From Neoechinorhynchus agilis (taxonomy: Eukaryota; Animalia; Acanthocephala): DNA of 64,000 nucleotides. The position numbers and the translations under genes are program-made. The stretch lies in assembly GCA_051530055.1 (NCBI GenBank), contig CM121342.1, forward strand, positions 3,843,489 through 3,907,488. Direction: 5' to 3'. Of this stretch, positions 36,673 to 50,495 are shown in pieces. The notes beneath the pieces were generated by a model. That model worked only from the letters and a program-made list of their open reading frames with translations. It was not told the origin of the DNA and ran no database searches. Every line of letters starts with the position of its first letter. Positions within the stretch are counted from its first letter, which is position 1.

Positions 36673-37086
36673 ATGTATTGGAGATTTCAAGTATTCAATG
36701 CTTTAATAACGGTATCAATTTTCCTATTTCGTTTCAGTGATGCTTACTATATTCATTATCCACCCAATGACATACGAATAGACCAGAGATCCCTTGGTGA
36801 TTATTTGTCTCAGTACCTTCCAGCAAGTCGCACTCCAGATTGGACTCCAGATCAAGATGATCCGGTTTATCGTAACCTATTAATGATTCCACCTCCTTTA
36901 AACGCTCCAGTGATCGAAACAAGCAATCATAATTTCGACGTAAAGGATTTTTATCCTGCAGATTCAGCGAGAAATTACCGAAAATACGTCGAAATCGCTC
37001 AAGATCCGTATGCTAACTCTTACGATCCTCTCTATAAAGACAAAGAGCACGGTCCGAACTTGCTTCCCGATTGGATGGCTAAATAA
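36673..37086 (+). CDS. Hypothetical small secreted P/D/Y-rich protein
   Basis: 137-aa ORF with a hydrophobic N-terminus ending FSDA and a protein-like composition. No family recognised. Confidence 0.5.
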   Translation: MYWRFQVFNALITVSIFLFRFSDAYYIHYPPNDIRIDQRSLGDYLSQYLPASRTPDWTPDQDDPVYRNLLMIPPPLNAPVIETSNHNFDVKDFYPADSARNYRKYVEIAQDPYANSYDPLYKDKEHGPNLLPDWMAK

Positions 37087-38369
37087 ATATCGTTTCCTTA
37101 CCTGTCGGCACGGAAAGGTAGAGAAATCAGAATTCATTAAGAATTATAGCATTAGAAGCTTTTGTTCTTAACGGCTGTCATTATAAGTTATTTAATGGAT
37201 TTTAGTTTCAAAGGTGGAAGTCGTAAGACACTATGCGTTCTTAGTCTAGTCGATTGAGAACTAAATGCATTGGGCGAGATTCAGGACGTGATATCCATCG
37301 ATCCAATGTGTGTGTGTATTCTTAAATTGTTGGAAATATTTAAACCACTCAATGCGTCGTTGAAACTGAATGAGCTGATCGTTCATGTTGATTTTATAAG
37401 TGGTAGAATTTTTATCTCAAATTATCATCTCCGACTTCGTGTTGAGTTTCAAAACACACGCCGTTGTTGAAATTCTCAACTCAAGTACTCGATAATTTAC
37501 TGATTGCGATCATCTCCTTGTTTCTTGCGCAATACATGACCGTCTCAATTGCTGTCTCACCTTAATTTTTCATTATATGTGAAAATTAATTACTATTTTT
37601 GAAATTAAAATTTTTTAAATTGAGAAAAGTGTGCTAAGCATTTGATTGGTCAGATGATAGAAGAGGTTAAAAGTCGCCGCCTTTGATAAGCGATGGCAAG
37701 CGAAAATCACGACAACAATTTGCTCGTATTGAGTAAACAATTTACGCGTATTTTACTTATCGGTCTTTTTGATAAGACGATTAAATATGCTACATTGCGT
37801 TCAGCAGATAAATTGAGCAACTATCAACGATGTTCACTGAATCGCAATAATTTCGACGTTAGACCATTCGCTGACATTCCAGGCTGATTCTAAGATAAGC
37901 ACCACAAGGACAGATGGTAATTTGTGCCAACAATTTAAATAGTTTTATTACCTCGGATAGTAAAAAAACTTTCTTAGATCAAAGGAATTGTGGTGCTTAA
38001 ATATTAATTAAAATATGCACCTTTCAAATTAGTCAATTGTAGAGCAGTCGAGGATTTGAGACACCGCTAGAAGAGCCGCGTTGTAAAATATTTTTATACT
38101 AATCAATTACTAATTGGAGGGAGATTCTCGGATTTACAACAATTCCTCAATAAATATCCGTGGCAATATTTTATCTTGATGAACATCAATCACACAAGCT
38201 AAGCTTACCGCAAAATATAAATGAGAATGTTAATACAGTAGATTTGTCTCACATACTTGAGAAGTATCAAAAAAATCGTTTTATCTCTACTTCAATTGAA
38301 CCGCAATGTCGACATTTAGAAAATAGTTTGCGTCACATAGCGATCATGTTTTTTGAATTTTGCTTTTGT

Positions 38370-38810
38370 TAATAAAATCACAAATAAACGAATTTTGGGA
38401 TCCGCGTTCATGTAAACTCCGAAAAAAAAGTTCAAAACGATAGATACGGCCAAATCTCACATCGATTCTATTTATTGAGCGAATGATACCTTTCCTACAA
38501 GTTGATTGCTGCTTTTTTTGACGGAAAACCCCCAAAATATCGATTAAACACACGAATTTTGCTTTTATTAATAAAATCACAAATAAACGAATGTTGGGAT
38601 CCGCGTTCATGTAACCTCCGAAAAAAAAGTTCAAACCGATAGATACGGCCAAATCTCACATCGATTCTATTTATTGAGCGAATGATACTTTTCCTACAAG
38701 TTGATTGCTGCTTTTTTTGACGGAAAACCCCCAAAATATCGATTAAACACACGAATTTTGCTTTTGTTAATAAAATCACAAATAAACGAATTTTGGGATC
38801 CGCGTTGCTA
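38370..38810. repeat. Tandem repeat, ~199-bp unit, ~2.3 copies
   Basis: AATAAAATCACAAATAAACGAA at ~38371, 38570 and 38769. Confidence 0.9.
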
Positions 38811-39702
38811 ACGAATGCAAGATATCGTAGGCGATCACTGCTTCCATAGACAATTTCGGTGAATATGTGGAATAGACGCGACTTCATCTGATTTCATGCA
38901 TCAAGATGTCGCGTTTTTATTATCCAATTTGTGATTCTTATCACTGTTTTTCTTTTCGTAAAATTCTACTCGCCCCCAGCCCCCCCCGTCGAGTCCCTGC
39001 TTCAATTATGTGCGCACGCTTCATGGTGCGTTTTGGAGCTTATGCAAGTTGCTGCAGCCAATCAGAATACAGAACGGGTTTGGCATAAGCGCCACCCAAA
39101 CCATCGAATACTGATCTAATCGCAGCGCTATCTATCCATCCCGACTTAGCAGTCTGTTGTATGCCATTCAAGAGGAGGAGGGGGAACAGCACACGGCCCA
39201 ACTCCACTTATTATCAAATATTCGCTTTGTCGCTAGTCACCACCACCACCACTGATTAGAACCTTCCACTATTCATTTTAGAATCTTTTACCTGTTAAAG
39301 ATCTACGATTTAAATATACGAAAAGAGTAGCGATTCGATCAGAGATTATCAGAAGGTAAGTCGATCTTTCCCTTTTATCGAAAATCATGAAGATATTATC
39401 GGCTCATCGCTTCAAGACGTGTTTGCATAATTTTTTTCGGGATAGGAATCATACCTCGCATAAATTTTTAAAACGAAAAGAAATTAGATTACGTCACTTG
39501 GGTTTTTATTATTAAAAATCAAATCGTTGATTATGGTCGGAAATTGATTTCCTCATGCAATTGACGGCATAAAATCATAAAGATTTTCCGCGTCTTAATA
39601 GAAAGAAGCGATCCATTGCGCAATCCACATGCCCCATTGGCTACGTTGATTATAATAATTGTCTTTCAAGCCGTATAATGAACCTTACGAACTTTTAGTG
39701 AA

Positions 39703-40875
39703 ATGGAAAACTCTATGCAGAGCGATTATAACCAAACGACTGCTAGTGCGTACCAAAACGGTTCATACGCTGGATCTATTCCGATCGCAGCTAATTCCAT
39801 GCTTCCAAACGCTTATTGGAACCAAGTTCATCATGCGCAGAACGGACAAATTTATGCATCGGCGTACCCTTCAATGCAACAACAACAACAACATTATCTA
39901 AGAAACAATCAACAATTTTTGCACCAACAGTATTCGCAACAATACGCACCAGTGGAATATAATAACTCGTTTCATCCACAACAACAACAACAACAAATTT
40001 ACGCAAATAACCAATTCTCGGGCGCAACAACGCTGCAAAATTCGACTCGTTGGGATCAGACTAGTGGTGGTGAGAATTGGAATCAATATTCGCGGCCCAA
40101 AACGGAGGTCTCTGGTTTAAAACGGAGGTATGAGACGAACGATGGAGGCGCTCCACATGAAACTCCATCCTTAAATGCTTCAGAAGTTAAAATCTGTAGT
40201 AATTGTGAAGCCACTGAGACTCCTTTATGGCGCCGAAAGGACAAACATGGAGCTTATTTATGCAACGCATGTGGGTTATTTTATAAAGTCAACGGATTCG
40301 ACAGGCCGCTAAATAAGACAAAAAGGAAAAGTAGTGTTAACAAAAAAGCAGGAACGATTTGCTCAAATTGTCGAACGGACGTTACAACTTTATGGAGAAG
40401 AAATGGTGAAGGAAGACAAGTTTGTAATGCCTGTGGACTTTACTATAAGCTTCATGGAGTTGATCGCCCATTGACGATGAAAAGGCCTACAATTCAAACA
40501 AGAAATAGAAGGCCTAATACGAATAAGAGACTCAGAATGGACGAACAAGAATGTGCTGCACAATTCCAAGCTATGATGAACTATGGATATGTCAGAAATG
40601 GTGGGCCTAGTCTCCTTGGCCTTTACCCGGGTATAAATCATTTTTCACCGACAGTTCCATTTATTCCTCAAATGAATCAACCAATGATGATGATTCCTCA
40701 GTCAACGAATATTTCACTTCCAACACAACCAACATTAATGTATCCGACCGAGTATGCTGCTATTCAAAATGGCAAACCAGATCAAGAACAGCAGCAACAA
40801 ATCCCACCGGACTCAATTGTACCTTCCACTCAAAAACGGAGAAGTGATCAATCACGCACGGGAAGTGAAAGCTAA
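39703..40875 (+). CDS. GATA: GATA transcription factor with two zinc fingers; coding region uninterrupted
   Basis: CSNC..TPLWRR..LCNACGL and [42 protein letters not shown], with a Q/Y/N-rich N-terminus. Confidence 0.95.
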   Translation: MENSMQSDYNQTTASAYQNGSYAGSIPIAANSMLPNAYWNQVHHAQNGQIYASAYPSMQQQQQHYLRNNQQFLHQQYSQQYAPVEYNNSFHPQQQQQQIYANNQFSGATTLQNSTRWDQTSGGENWNQYSRPKTEVSGLKRRYETNDGGAPHETPSLNASEVKICSNCEATETPLWRRKDKHGAYLCNACGLFYKVNGFDRPLNKTKRKSSVNKKAGTICSNCRTDVTTLWRRNGEGRQVCNACGLYYKLHGVDRPLTMKRPTIQTRNRRPNTNKRLRMDEQECAAQFQAMMNYGYVRNGGPSLLGLYPGINHFSPTVPFIPQMNQPMMMIPQSTNISLPTQPTLMYPTEYAAIQNGKPDQEQQQQIPPDSIVPSTQKRRSDQSRTGSES

Positions 40876-41299
40876 AAAACCCGCACTAAATGTTGTGAAT
40901 TTCCTGTCCAGTGTAAATTTTCTAATAAAATCAACCGAGAAAACAATTTGCTCCGCCCATCAGCTAATTGTTATGTCTGATAATCGGGAAAGCTATTCGG
41001 GTGGAATATGTTCATTTTATGAGTGCTATTAATTGTCATGTCCGACAAATCTACCTAGTTTAAACGTGATCGCATCTAATTGCTGAATATAAAAGGTTTG
41101 GGTGTCGACAGACAATTCAAAAGCATCCATTCGTGACCTTTCTCCACAATTCCTAGGAGGTTTGTAAGGCGGGGATTTCATTATCATAACGACAGGTTAA
41201 TTTTTTGTCTAATCTCGTCAACATGATGGTGCCACGGATCACTAATAATTCCGAGAAATTCGTTTTAAAAATAACATTTAAAATGCCAACATGAAAGCG

Positions 41300-41740
41300 G
41301 ATTATTCACACAATAAAAAATTTTTCTTCGATTAAAGACGTTTTGTGTGAGTTTTCTCAACGACCCCTCGAGATTCGACGAAAAATTATTTACTTCGGTT
41401 TACATTAATTTAAACACCAAAAGAGAACGTTTATTCACACAATAATTTTTTTTCTTCGATTAAAGACGTTTTGTGTGAGTTTTCTCAAACGACCCCTCGA
41501 GATTCGACGAAAAATTATTTACTTCGGTTGAAGACTTCTGAACAACATAAATTTTACATTAATTTAAACACCAAAAGAGAACGTTTATTCACACAATAAT
41601 TTTTTTTCTTCGATTAAAGACGTTTTGTGTGAGTTTTCTCAACGACCCCTCGAGATTCGACGAAAAATTATTTACTTCGGTTGAAGACTTCTAAACAACA
41701 TAAAATTTACATTAATTAAGACACCAACAGAGAACGTTGT
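41300..41740. repeat. Tandem repeat, ~130-153-bp unit, 3 copies
   Basis: TTCGATTAAAGACGTTTTGTGTGAG..CCCTCGAGATTCGACG occurs three times. Confidence 0.9.
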
Positions 41741-43449
41741 ATTTTTAGTGGCTTATGAAAACACCAAATAACGCCCTACTCCATAACTGTAATCAGAAAG
41801 CAAAACAATTGCTGTGAATTTACACGATAGACTGAGGGGCCGTTAATTATTACAGTATCTTATTTTTTTATGGAATCGGGAAAACGATACCGAATGGTGA
41901 CGCAGGTCTTTTACTCTAATTTTTTAAAGACGAGATTGACGAAAATAGATAAATAGTTTTTGGCAGCTTTGTTATTGGTCACGTTCGGCGTGCTGATTCG
42001 CTGCATCAACGTTTTTTAAATTAGTAAGAATTTATAAGAGCCTAATTAAATGCATTGATTTTTTCCGTAGAAAAATTGATACCAAAACACAATATAACAC
42101 CATGTTATTTTTTATTGCACGATATGTGTGAAGGAAATAATTCTAAAAATACCTTTATCCGATTAAAAATGCAATTATTGATTGTTGTATGGTGTATCGA
42201 TAAGGATCCTACGTGTTTGTCAAAACAGACAGATTAATTTTGGGTCAAATGCCATTAGATAACGCGAAATATGGGCGTGTCTCGAAATCAGAAGCACATA
42301 TTTTTTATAAATAACCATTTCGTTGTCTAGCTTGGCTTATTGGTTTTTTTAACAAAAAATCATTTTAATTGAAATAAGGCGATCGGATCAAAAAAAACAA
42401 TACTCGAAATTGAAGGATAATCTTTTTCACTCCGGGAATTTAAATTCACTGATTTATTTCCCCGATATTTTGTACAGTGCGAATCAAACACTTAAACCAA
42501 GGATGAACCTGGCTTTTGAATCCCCAAAGTGGCAAAACTAAGAAAAAGGAAAATAATCCAAGACATCAAAAATTTCTATTTTAAAAAGGGTTGATTATCA
42601 AAAAATTATTATTTTGACAATAATTCTCACAATAAATAATTGTCACCACACTCTAACCATCTAGCATTCGTTTCATCAATTATTTCATAATCTTAAGAAG
42701 ATAATCTTCCGTTTAAAAGACTAATGTCTCGACATCGAGAATTTGCCATAGCCAATCGCATCAATTTCATAGTCCATACATCAAATGTTGGGGAGAAAGG
42801 CGTGGATAATGCCAATTCGGACAGATCGATGAGTTTTTAATAACCTATAAAAATCTTTCTCTTACACCTTTGCAACAATTAAGCACAATCGCACCCAAGG
42901 GAAAGGTGTACCATATTTTAATGTTGAACAAAATCGAATCTAATCAATTTGCCATTTTATAAATGTCACAAATATAATCTGTGTTGTACGGTCGACAAAA
43001 AAACTGATGATAATTTGCAAAATTTGTGAATAATATTTCCTTAATACGGCGAATATGTAAGATTTCTTTGCATTTTGGATTTAGAACGAGAAAATCGTAG
43101 GGTCAAAAAAATTCAAATGCATTTAATTGTTCGAATATACCATTTTGTTGGATTGTCAGCTGATTTTCCCGACCGCAAGTATATATTTCTTTTTATTATG
43201 AATTATTTTAGAACTTTCGGCGGTCGAATCTTATGTTTTACATCGGAGAAGTGATATGACCACAAAAACTCTGATAAACAACGGTTAAGAGTTCGTGCAA
43301 AGCGAATAGAAATCAAAATTTGATAACTGAAACATCAAATATTGACTCAGATGTCAAATGGCATGACATCAACAAATGTGGAGCTAAGACTTTTCGGTCA
43401 CGAATAAAACAAAAAGGTTAAGATGCTGTCTGGCATAAAAAAAATTGAA

Positions 43450-43850
43450 TTTATCGTGATCATGGTTCGCCAGTATCGTCCTCAGTGACTTTATAATCAG
43501 TTCTAGCGGGCCAAAATGTACATTTGCAGCCTTTTGTCTTAACAGCAAGAGAGAATCAGTCAAAAGAAGACAAGAAAAGTGATTGACTCTCCCAAACTGA
43601 ACGCTTTTTAAGTTGTTTCTCAAAGTATTGATCGATTTCGAGTGTCAGAGCGTCTATGTTTGGATTCCTAATTGCACGTAACGATGTGGTATATGGCTTC
43701 AAAACTTGAAATTCATCCTTTTCGATCTTTACGTCAAAAGTTAAATCTTCAATGCCCGCCTCCATACAATCTCCTTCCAACTCATCAATCGCAACTGTCA
43801 ATTCTTGCTTTATTCGTTCACTAGTGTGATCGCCAAAGTTGGCATCATAT
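43450..43850 (-). CDS. Exon(s) of an unidentified gene, weakly SEA-domain-like
   Basis: Open, protein-like frame YDANFGDHTSERIKQELTVAIDEL..EKQLKKRS, with a possible GT-AG intron at 43597-43538. The upstream exons could not be resolved. Confidence 0.3.
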
Positions 43851-44689
43851 TACTATCAGCATTTCTGACAATTGAAGTTTACCAGAATTGGTGATGGAAT
43901 TACGATTTCCAAAAAGCGGAGAAGCGAGATTCCTTAAACCAATCACGACCTTCCATCTAAAAATTAACGCAACCTCAACGGGATTGGCCAATTACTTTCA
44001 GAGGGAAAAAATTATCTACTGAGTTTTTTTGCATCTGTGGATAAAGTTTACGTCGTCAACAGATCTCAAAGCATTCGTCTTTTTTACGTTTGCGATTTTA
44101 ATTCTATTATCCGACTCCATCGCCATTATCCACTGTCCCGGATTTCTTCGCTACAATGAGTGTTGAACAATTCATTGAAGAAAAAATTATTGGAATGATC
44201 ATTTTTGACTTGTGGTGAAGAATGGCATCAAGCGGCCGGAAAAGTACGAAACGGAAAAACAATTTGAAGCAATAAAAAAATCGAATAACATTTTACCGAA
44301 TTTCCATGAACGGATCAATTCCTGTCCTTCTAATTTTTTTACGATTAAAAAAGAGTTCAATTCCGACGAATATTTCAAAAATTTATAGTTTCTTCAACGC
44401 TCCTATTCATCGGCGCTGCTGCACCGCAATGCTTACTTTTTGCGCCAAGAACGACGTCGATCTTGGCTCTCCAGTCGCCGCGATAAATTCGTCGAAAAAA
44501 TATATTTGTACATCATCGAGCTAAAACCTTTTTTTTCGCAATTAAACAAATTTTTGAAATTAAAATTTCGAACATTAAAATTGTGTATATACGGCGAAAA
44601 CAATTTCATTCAATTCCGTTATTTTCGTTATTTCAAAGCAAAAAATTCAATTATTTTTTTTGGCATCCATCCCAGTCGGGAAAAAGGAA

Positions 44690-45235
44690 ATAATCGGCTT
44701 CTTTTCCGAGACATTTCAGTGTTTCAACCGCAATCGGGATGAAAATATATTGATGCCCATCGAGCGATTCCTCGCTGAAGCTGGGCATCCCGTAAGTGGG
44801 ATGTTGCGAGCGTGTTGGGGCAGGTAAAATCCCAAACGAGTATTTTCCCGGAGCACCATGGAAGGGCTCCATCGGGGCGTTTACCGTCGTTCCGGGAGAG
44901 TCCGACTGGTTCGAGTCGAGCTGGAAAAACGGCCGTTGAGAGGGCTTTCTTTGAGTGGCGAACAGTTGAACGCTTGCAGTCAAGGCCGTGAGTTCCCGTT
45001 CACTGTCTCACCGACACGTATTTGAGCCTGAGAATTCGATGCCCAACCGAAGTCCCACGGCGACGGTGATGGCCTCGTCATCATGGCCAACAGCCGTGAT
45101 TGGGAAAGCCTTCAAAAAGTCGATGGAGTGTGGAGCTGAGACCGCCAGGAGACGAGCTCTATCGTTGGGAGATGAGCATCGATCCAACAAGGCAATGCCG
45201 CGGCCATCAAGGAAGCTGCCGAACAAACATAACAT
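44690..45235 (-). mobile_element. Second decayed CRE-like retrotransposon fragment (post-RT and RLE region)
   Basis: DRARLLAVS..AVGLRLG..C-x-C and FIPIAVETLKCLG resemble the C-terminus of the 9.2-10.8 kb element. Confidence 0.7.
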
Positions 45236-45397
45236 TTGAAGACAAAATCATGTTAAAGTTTATTGACGAAATTCAATTATTATTTCCTATTTCGCAATTA
45301 TAACGTCACGATTTATCGATTCTTCCAGAATTACAAATCGCACTGCATAATAACTTCCATTTTAGATTACAAATTGCAAAAAAAAACAAGTTTGCCT

Positions 45398-48300
45398 ATG
45401 GATACGAGCTTCAATGTGTTTTCCGGAGTTCTGATTAGGGATTCATCAGTCGACGAGTTCGTCAAATGCTTAGAAATACACCCACTGGTCATAATAAGTA
45501 ATTCTGATGCTTTTAAAACAAAGCTTTCAAAGTTCGTTAATGATGGTATCGATAGATTACATGTTCGAACCGATTTTGATCATACTCTCACATCCTTCCG
45601 ATCGGGAGTATCGTCTTATGCCGTTCTCGATAACAGTACCGCAATAAGTGACACTCACAAGGAATGACAATTTTGCACGATTTCTCATTAGTTTCGTGAC
45701 GTTTTGTTTACGTTTCTTCCAGATCGAACGAAACGGGCGTAATATTCAGATCAATAAATCGATATCGATTCATCTAATAACCAGAGAACACAGAGTTTTG
45801 GGGGTGCGCTCGTCATTTCGAAGAAGGAAACCTTTTTTTCGGCTTTCATTGAAAGTTTTTAATAGATTTTATCCGGAAAGAAGGATTATGACCACCACAT
45901 CTCAAATTTAATGAATTCTGATTTTTTTTATCGAGTTCGTCCTTTTCTATTTGCTTCGTCTGGACATTGGTCACTATGAAAACTTACGGGAATATTGGCG
46001 ATTCTCTTCATCGATCGCAGATTCCTTTATATCGCCGTTTAAATCGTTTTTCTGTCCTTTTTTATGTCAATTAAAATATTTCGAAGAAGGAAACCTTTTT
46101 TTCGGCTTTAATTGAAAGTTTTCAATAGATTTTATCCGGAAAGAAGGATTATGACCACCACATCTCAAATTTAATGAATTCTGATTTTTTTATCGAGTTC
46201 GTACTTTTCTATTTGCTTCGTCTGGACATTGGTCACTATGAAAACTTACGGGAATATTGGCGATTCTCTCCATCGATCGCAGATTCCTTTATATCGCCGT
46301 TTAAATCGTTTTTCTGTCCTTTTTTATGTCAATTAAAATATTTCGAAGAAGGAAACCTTTTTTTCGGCTTTAATTGAAAGTTTTCAATAGATTTTATCCG
46401 GGAAGAAGGATTATGACCACCACATCTCAAATTTAATGAATTCTGATTTTTTATCGAGTTCGTACTTTTCTATTTGCTTCGTCTGGACATTGGTCACTAT
46501 GAAAACTTACGGGAATATTGGCGATTCTCTCCATCGGTCGGAGATTCCTTTATATCGCCGTTTAAATCGTTTTTCTGTCCTTTTTTATGTCAATTAAAAT
46601 ATTTCGAAGAAGGAAACCTTTTTTTCGGCTTTCATTGAAAGTTTTTAATAGATTTTATCCGGGAAGAAGGATTATGACCACCACATCTCAAATTTAATGA
46701 ATTCTGATTTTTTTTATCGAGTTCGTACTTTTCTATTTGCTTCGTCTGGACATTGGTCACTATGAAAACTTACGGGAATATTGGCGATTCTCTCCATCGA
46801 TCGCAGATTCCTTTATATCGCCGTTTAAATCGTTTTTCTGTCCTTTTTTATGTCAATTAAAATATTTCGAAGAAGGAAACCTTTTTTTCGGCTTTAATTG
46901 AAAGTTTTCAATAGATTTTATCCGGGAAGAAGGATTATGACCACCACATCTCAAATTTAATGAATTCTGATTTTTTATCGAGTTCGTACTTTTCTATTTG
47001 CTTCGTCTGGACATTGGTCACTATGAAAACTTACGGGAATATTGGCGATTCTCTCCATCGATCGCAGATTCCTTTATATCGCCGTTTAAATCGTTTTTCT
47101 GTCCTTTTTTATGTCAATTAAAATATTTCGAAGAAGGAAACCTTTTTTTCGGCTTTAATTGAAAGTTTTCAATAGATTTTATCCGGGAAGAAGGATTATG
47201 ACCACCACATCTCAAATTTAATGAATTCTGATTTTTTTTATCGAGTTCGTACTTTTCTATTTGCTTCGTCTGGACATTGGTCACTATGAAAACTTACGGG
47301 AATATTGGCGATTCTCTCCATCGGTCGGAGATTCCTTTATATCGCCGTTTAAATCGTTTTTCTGTCCTTTTTTATGTCAATTAAAATATTTCGAAGAAGG
47401 AAACCTTTTTTTCGGCTTTCATTGAAAGTTTTTAATAGATTTTATCCGGGAAGAAGGATTATGACCACCACATCTCAAATTTAATGAATTCTGATTTTTT
47501 TTATCGAGTTCGTACTTTTCTATTTGCTTCGTCTGGACATTGGTCACTATGAAAACTTACGGGAATATTGGCGATTCTCTCCATCGATCGCAGATTCCTT
47601 TATATCGCCGTTTAAATCGTTTTTCTGTCCTTTTTTATGTCAATTAAAATATTTCGAAGAAGGAAACCTTTTTTTCGGCTTTAATTGAAAGTTTTCAATA
47701 GATTTTATCCGGGAAGAAGGATTATGACCACCACATCTCAAATTTAATGAATTCTGATTTTTTTTATCGAGTTCGTACTTTTCTATTTGCTTCGTCTGGA
47801 CATTGGTCACTATGAAAACTTACGGGAATATTGGCGATTCTCTTCATCGATCGCAGATTCCTTTATATCGCCGTTTAAATCGTTTTTCTGTCCTTTTTTA
47901 TGTCAATTGAAATATTTCGAAGAAAGAAACCTTTTTTTCGGCTTTAATTGAAAGTTTTTAATAGATTTTATCCGGAAAGAAGGATTATGGCCACCACATC
48001 TCAAATTTTCTTTATTTCCGTGAGCTTTTGCGATATTTACTAGCTGTTCAGGAATCTACAAAGGCGTTGTGAAGTCGCTTCTTTTTAGCAGTTTTGATGA
48101 TTGAAACTATTTGTGTTCATCGTTAATTTCTAATCTTTCTTGTGAATGGTGCAAAATTGTCTTAGAAGCAACTAAACTTAGGGATATTTATATCAAGCAA
48201 GAACGCGAAGGACACACGAGTTCGCTGGCCGAATGGTGGAAGCTCAGCCATAAAAGTCTTCTTACAAATGGAAACGTAAGCCGTGAGATGATCGCTGACG

Positions 48301-48922
48301 CCGTCTCGGAGATATTTGAGAAAGACCCGGATATTTTTAGGTCCGGAACCTTTGAATTGCTTCAAATGTTGGTAGGAATGCGAATTCCGGTTTTGATAGT
48401 ATCCGCTGGGTTAGGTGACGTGATAGAACGAATGCTGGAAATCGCTACTGGATCTACGTTGAAAGTTGATCGTTCGCTGTCAATAGCTGCCAATTATATT
48501 GAGTTTAACGACGAGGGACTTGCTCTTCAGTTTAGGGAGCCGCTAAGAGAGAGAAGCCAGATAGGTTCCTGAATAGTGCTGATTTTAGATCCTATTCTTC
48601 TCGTATAATTCATAGTTTAAACAAACACGAATGTATTTCCGAGTGGATAAACAAAAATGAACGGATAATTGGGGACTTGTTCGATAATCGTGAGAATTGT
48701 ATCATTCTTGGAGATTGCGTCGGGGATGTACGAGTCTATGAAGTGGATCATTGGGACTCCGTTGAGCCCGTGTTAAAGATTGGATTTCTACCGCCTACTG
48801 GATGTGCTGAACACTATTTAAAGTATTTCGATCTTCTCATTATTGAAGACGGTGACATGAGTGTTGTTCTTGACATTGTCAAATACTTAGTCAACCAAAG
48901 CACTGGTCCAAAAAACAATTAA
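45398..48922 (+). CDS. NT5C3: Cytosolic pyrimidine 5'-nucleotidase III-like HAD hydrolase; proposed exons 45398-45661, 48165-48545 and 48608-48922
   Basis: HAD motif TDFDHTLT, EWWKLSH, IPVLIVSAGLGD, ANYIEF, IHSLNK, ILGDCVGD and LKIGFL. Confidence 0.85.
45830..48005. repeat. Tandem array, ~257-bp unit, ~8.5 copies, inside the first NT5C3 interruption
   Basis: GAAGGATTATGACCACCACATCTCAAATTT recurs about every 257 bp. Confidence 0.97.
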
Positions 48923-49039
48923 TCATAGATTAAACGTAGTAGCGTTGTTCCGCATTGGAAGAGAAAATTTAAGATCCACACTCACCGCCGTCCTTTAGAT
49001 CGGGCTTTGAGTTCGATTTTCTTAACTCTCGAGTCAAAG

Positions 49040-50495
49040 AACTTTTTTATGTTAAAATTCCACCAAAAAGAGAGTTTTTTTTTGAATTCTTAAGTGAAAA
49101 ATGATAAATATTCTAAAAAACGATCTCTGAACCGCTTACTCGTTTCTTCGACGACTTTTCTTACCCATTAAAAGTTTCCCATAATTCGATCCGGGTTTTT
49201 TCGTTTAGAAAACCTAAAAAAACACTGAACAAAATTATCGTGGATATTTTGATTTTTAATTTTAAAGTCTTTTAGAATATTTGCCACCTCTGGCGAATGA
49301 ATTTTATTCCTTTCTTTTAATTTCAAATTTTGAACATTCTTTGACCAAGATAATTAAATATTCGAATTGCATCAATCGACTCATTCGATTTCCATGCTGA
49401 CAAATGAAGATGCAAAAAAGATTGTTAAAATATCCTCCAAAAAGAACTTTTCAGTGTCAAAATTCGACAAAAAAGAGAGTTTTTTTTGAGTTCTAAAGTG
49501 AAAAATAATAAATATTCTAAAAAAAGATCTCTGAACCGCTTGCTCGTTTCTTCGACGACTTTTCTTACCCATTAAAAGTTTCCCATAATTCGATCCGGGT
49601 TTTTTCGTTTAGAAAACCTAAAAAAACACCGAACAAAATTATCGTGGATATTTTGATTTTTAATTTTAAAGTCTTTTAGAATATTTGCCACCTCTGGCGA
49701 ATGAATTTTATTCCTTTCTTTTAATTTCAAATTTTGAACATTCTTTGACCAAGATAATTAAATATTCGAATTGCATCAATCGACTCATTCGATTTCCATG
49801 CTGACAAATGAAGATGCAAAAAAGATTGTTAAAATATCCTCCAAAAAGAACTTTTTAGTGTCAAAATTCGACAAAAAAGAGAGTTTTTTTGGAGTTCTAA
49901 AGTGAAAAATGATAAATATTCTAAAAAACGATCTCTGAACCGCTTGCTCGTTTCTTCGACGACTTTTCTTACCCATTAAAAGTTTTCCATAATTCGATCC
50001 GGGTTTTTTCGCTTAGAAAACCTAAAAAACATAAAAACGCCGAACAAAATTCTCGTGGATATTTTGATTTTTAATTTTAAAGTCTTTTAGAATATTTGCC
50101 ACCTCTGGCGAATGAATTTTATTCCTTTCTTTTAATTTCAAATTTTGAACATTCTTTGACCAAGATAATTATATATTCGAATTGCATCAATCGACTCATT
50201 CGATTTCCATGCTGACAAATGAAGATGCAAAAAAGATTGTTAAAATATCCTCCAAAAAGAACTTTTTAGTGTCAAAATTCGACAAAAAAGAGAGTTTTTT
50301 TGGAGTTCTAAAGTGAAAAATGATAAATATTCCAAAAAAACGATCTCTGAAGCGCTTGCTCGTTTCTTCGACGACTTTTCTTACCCATTAAAAGTTTCCC
50401 ATAATTCGATCGGGTTTTTTCGTTTAGAAAACCTAAAAAACGCCGAACAAAATTCTCGTGGATATTTTGGTTTTTAATTTTAAAGTCTTTTAGAA
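49040..50495. repeat. Tandem array, ~404-bp unit, ~3.6 copies
   Basis: GCCACCTCTGGCGAATGAA and TTTCTTCGACGACTTTTCTTACCC repeat. Identical short ORFs appear in the track at 49381 and 49785. Confidence 0.95.

Noticed and set aside
43538-43597. Eighth stem-closed interruption (GAGAG..AATCA / TGATT..CTCTC)
   Set aside because: An in-phase GT-AG pair explains it, the stem is far from the 3' end, and the gene is unidentified, so homology cannot arbitrate.
19915-48575. Stop-codon reassignment or readthrough to explain premature TGA/TAG at exon ends
   Set aside because: Six of the seven interruptions also change frame and contain non-coding sequence. Genes end at ordinary stops.
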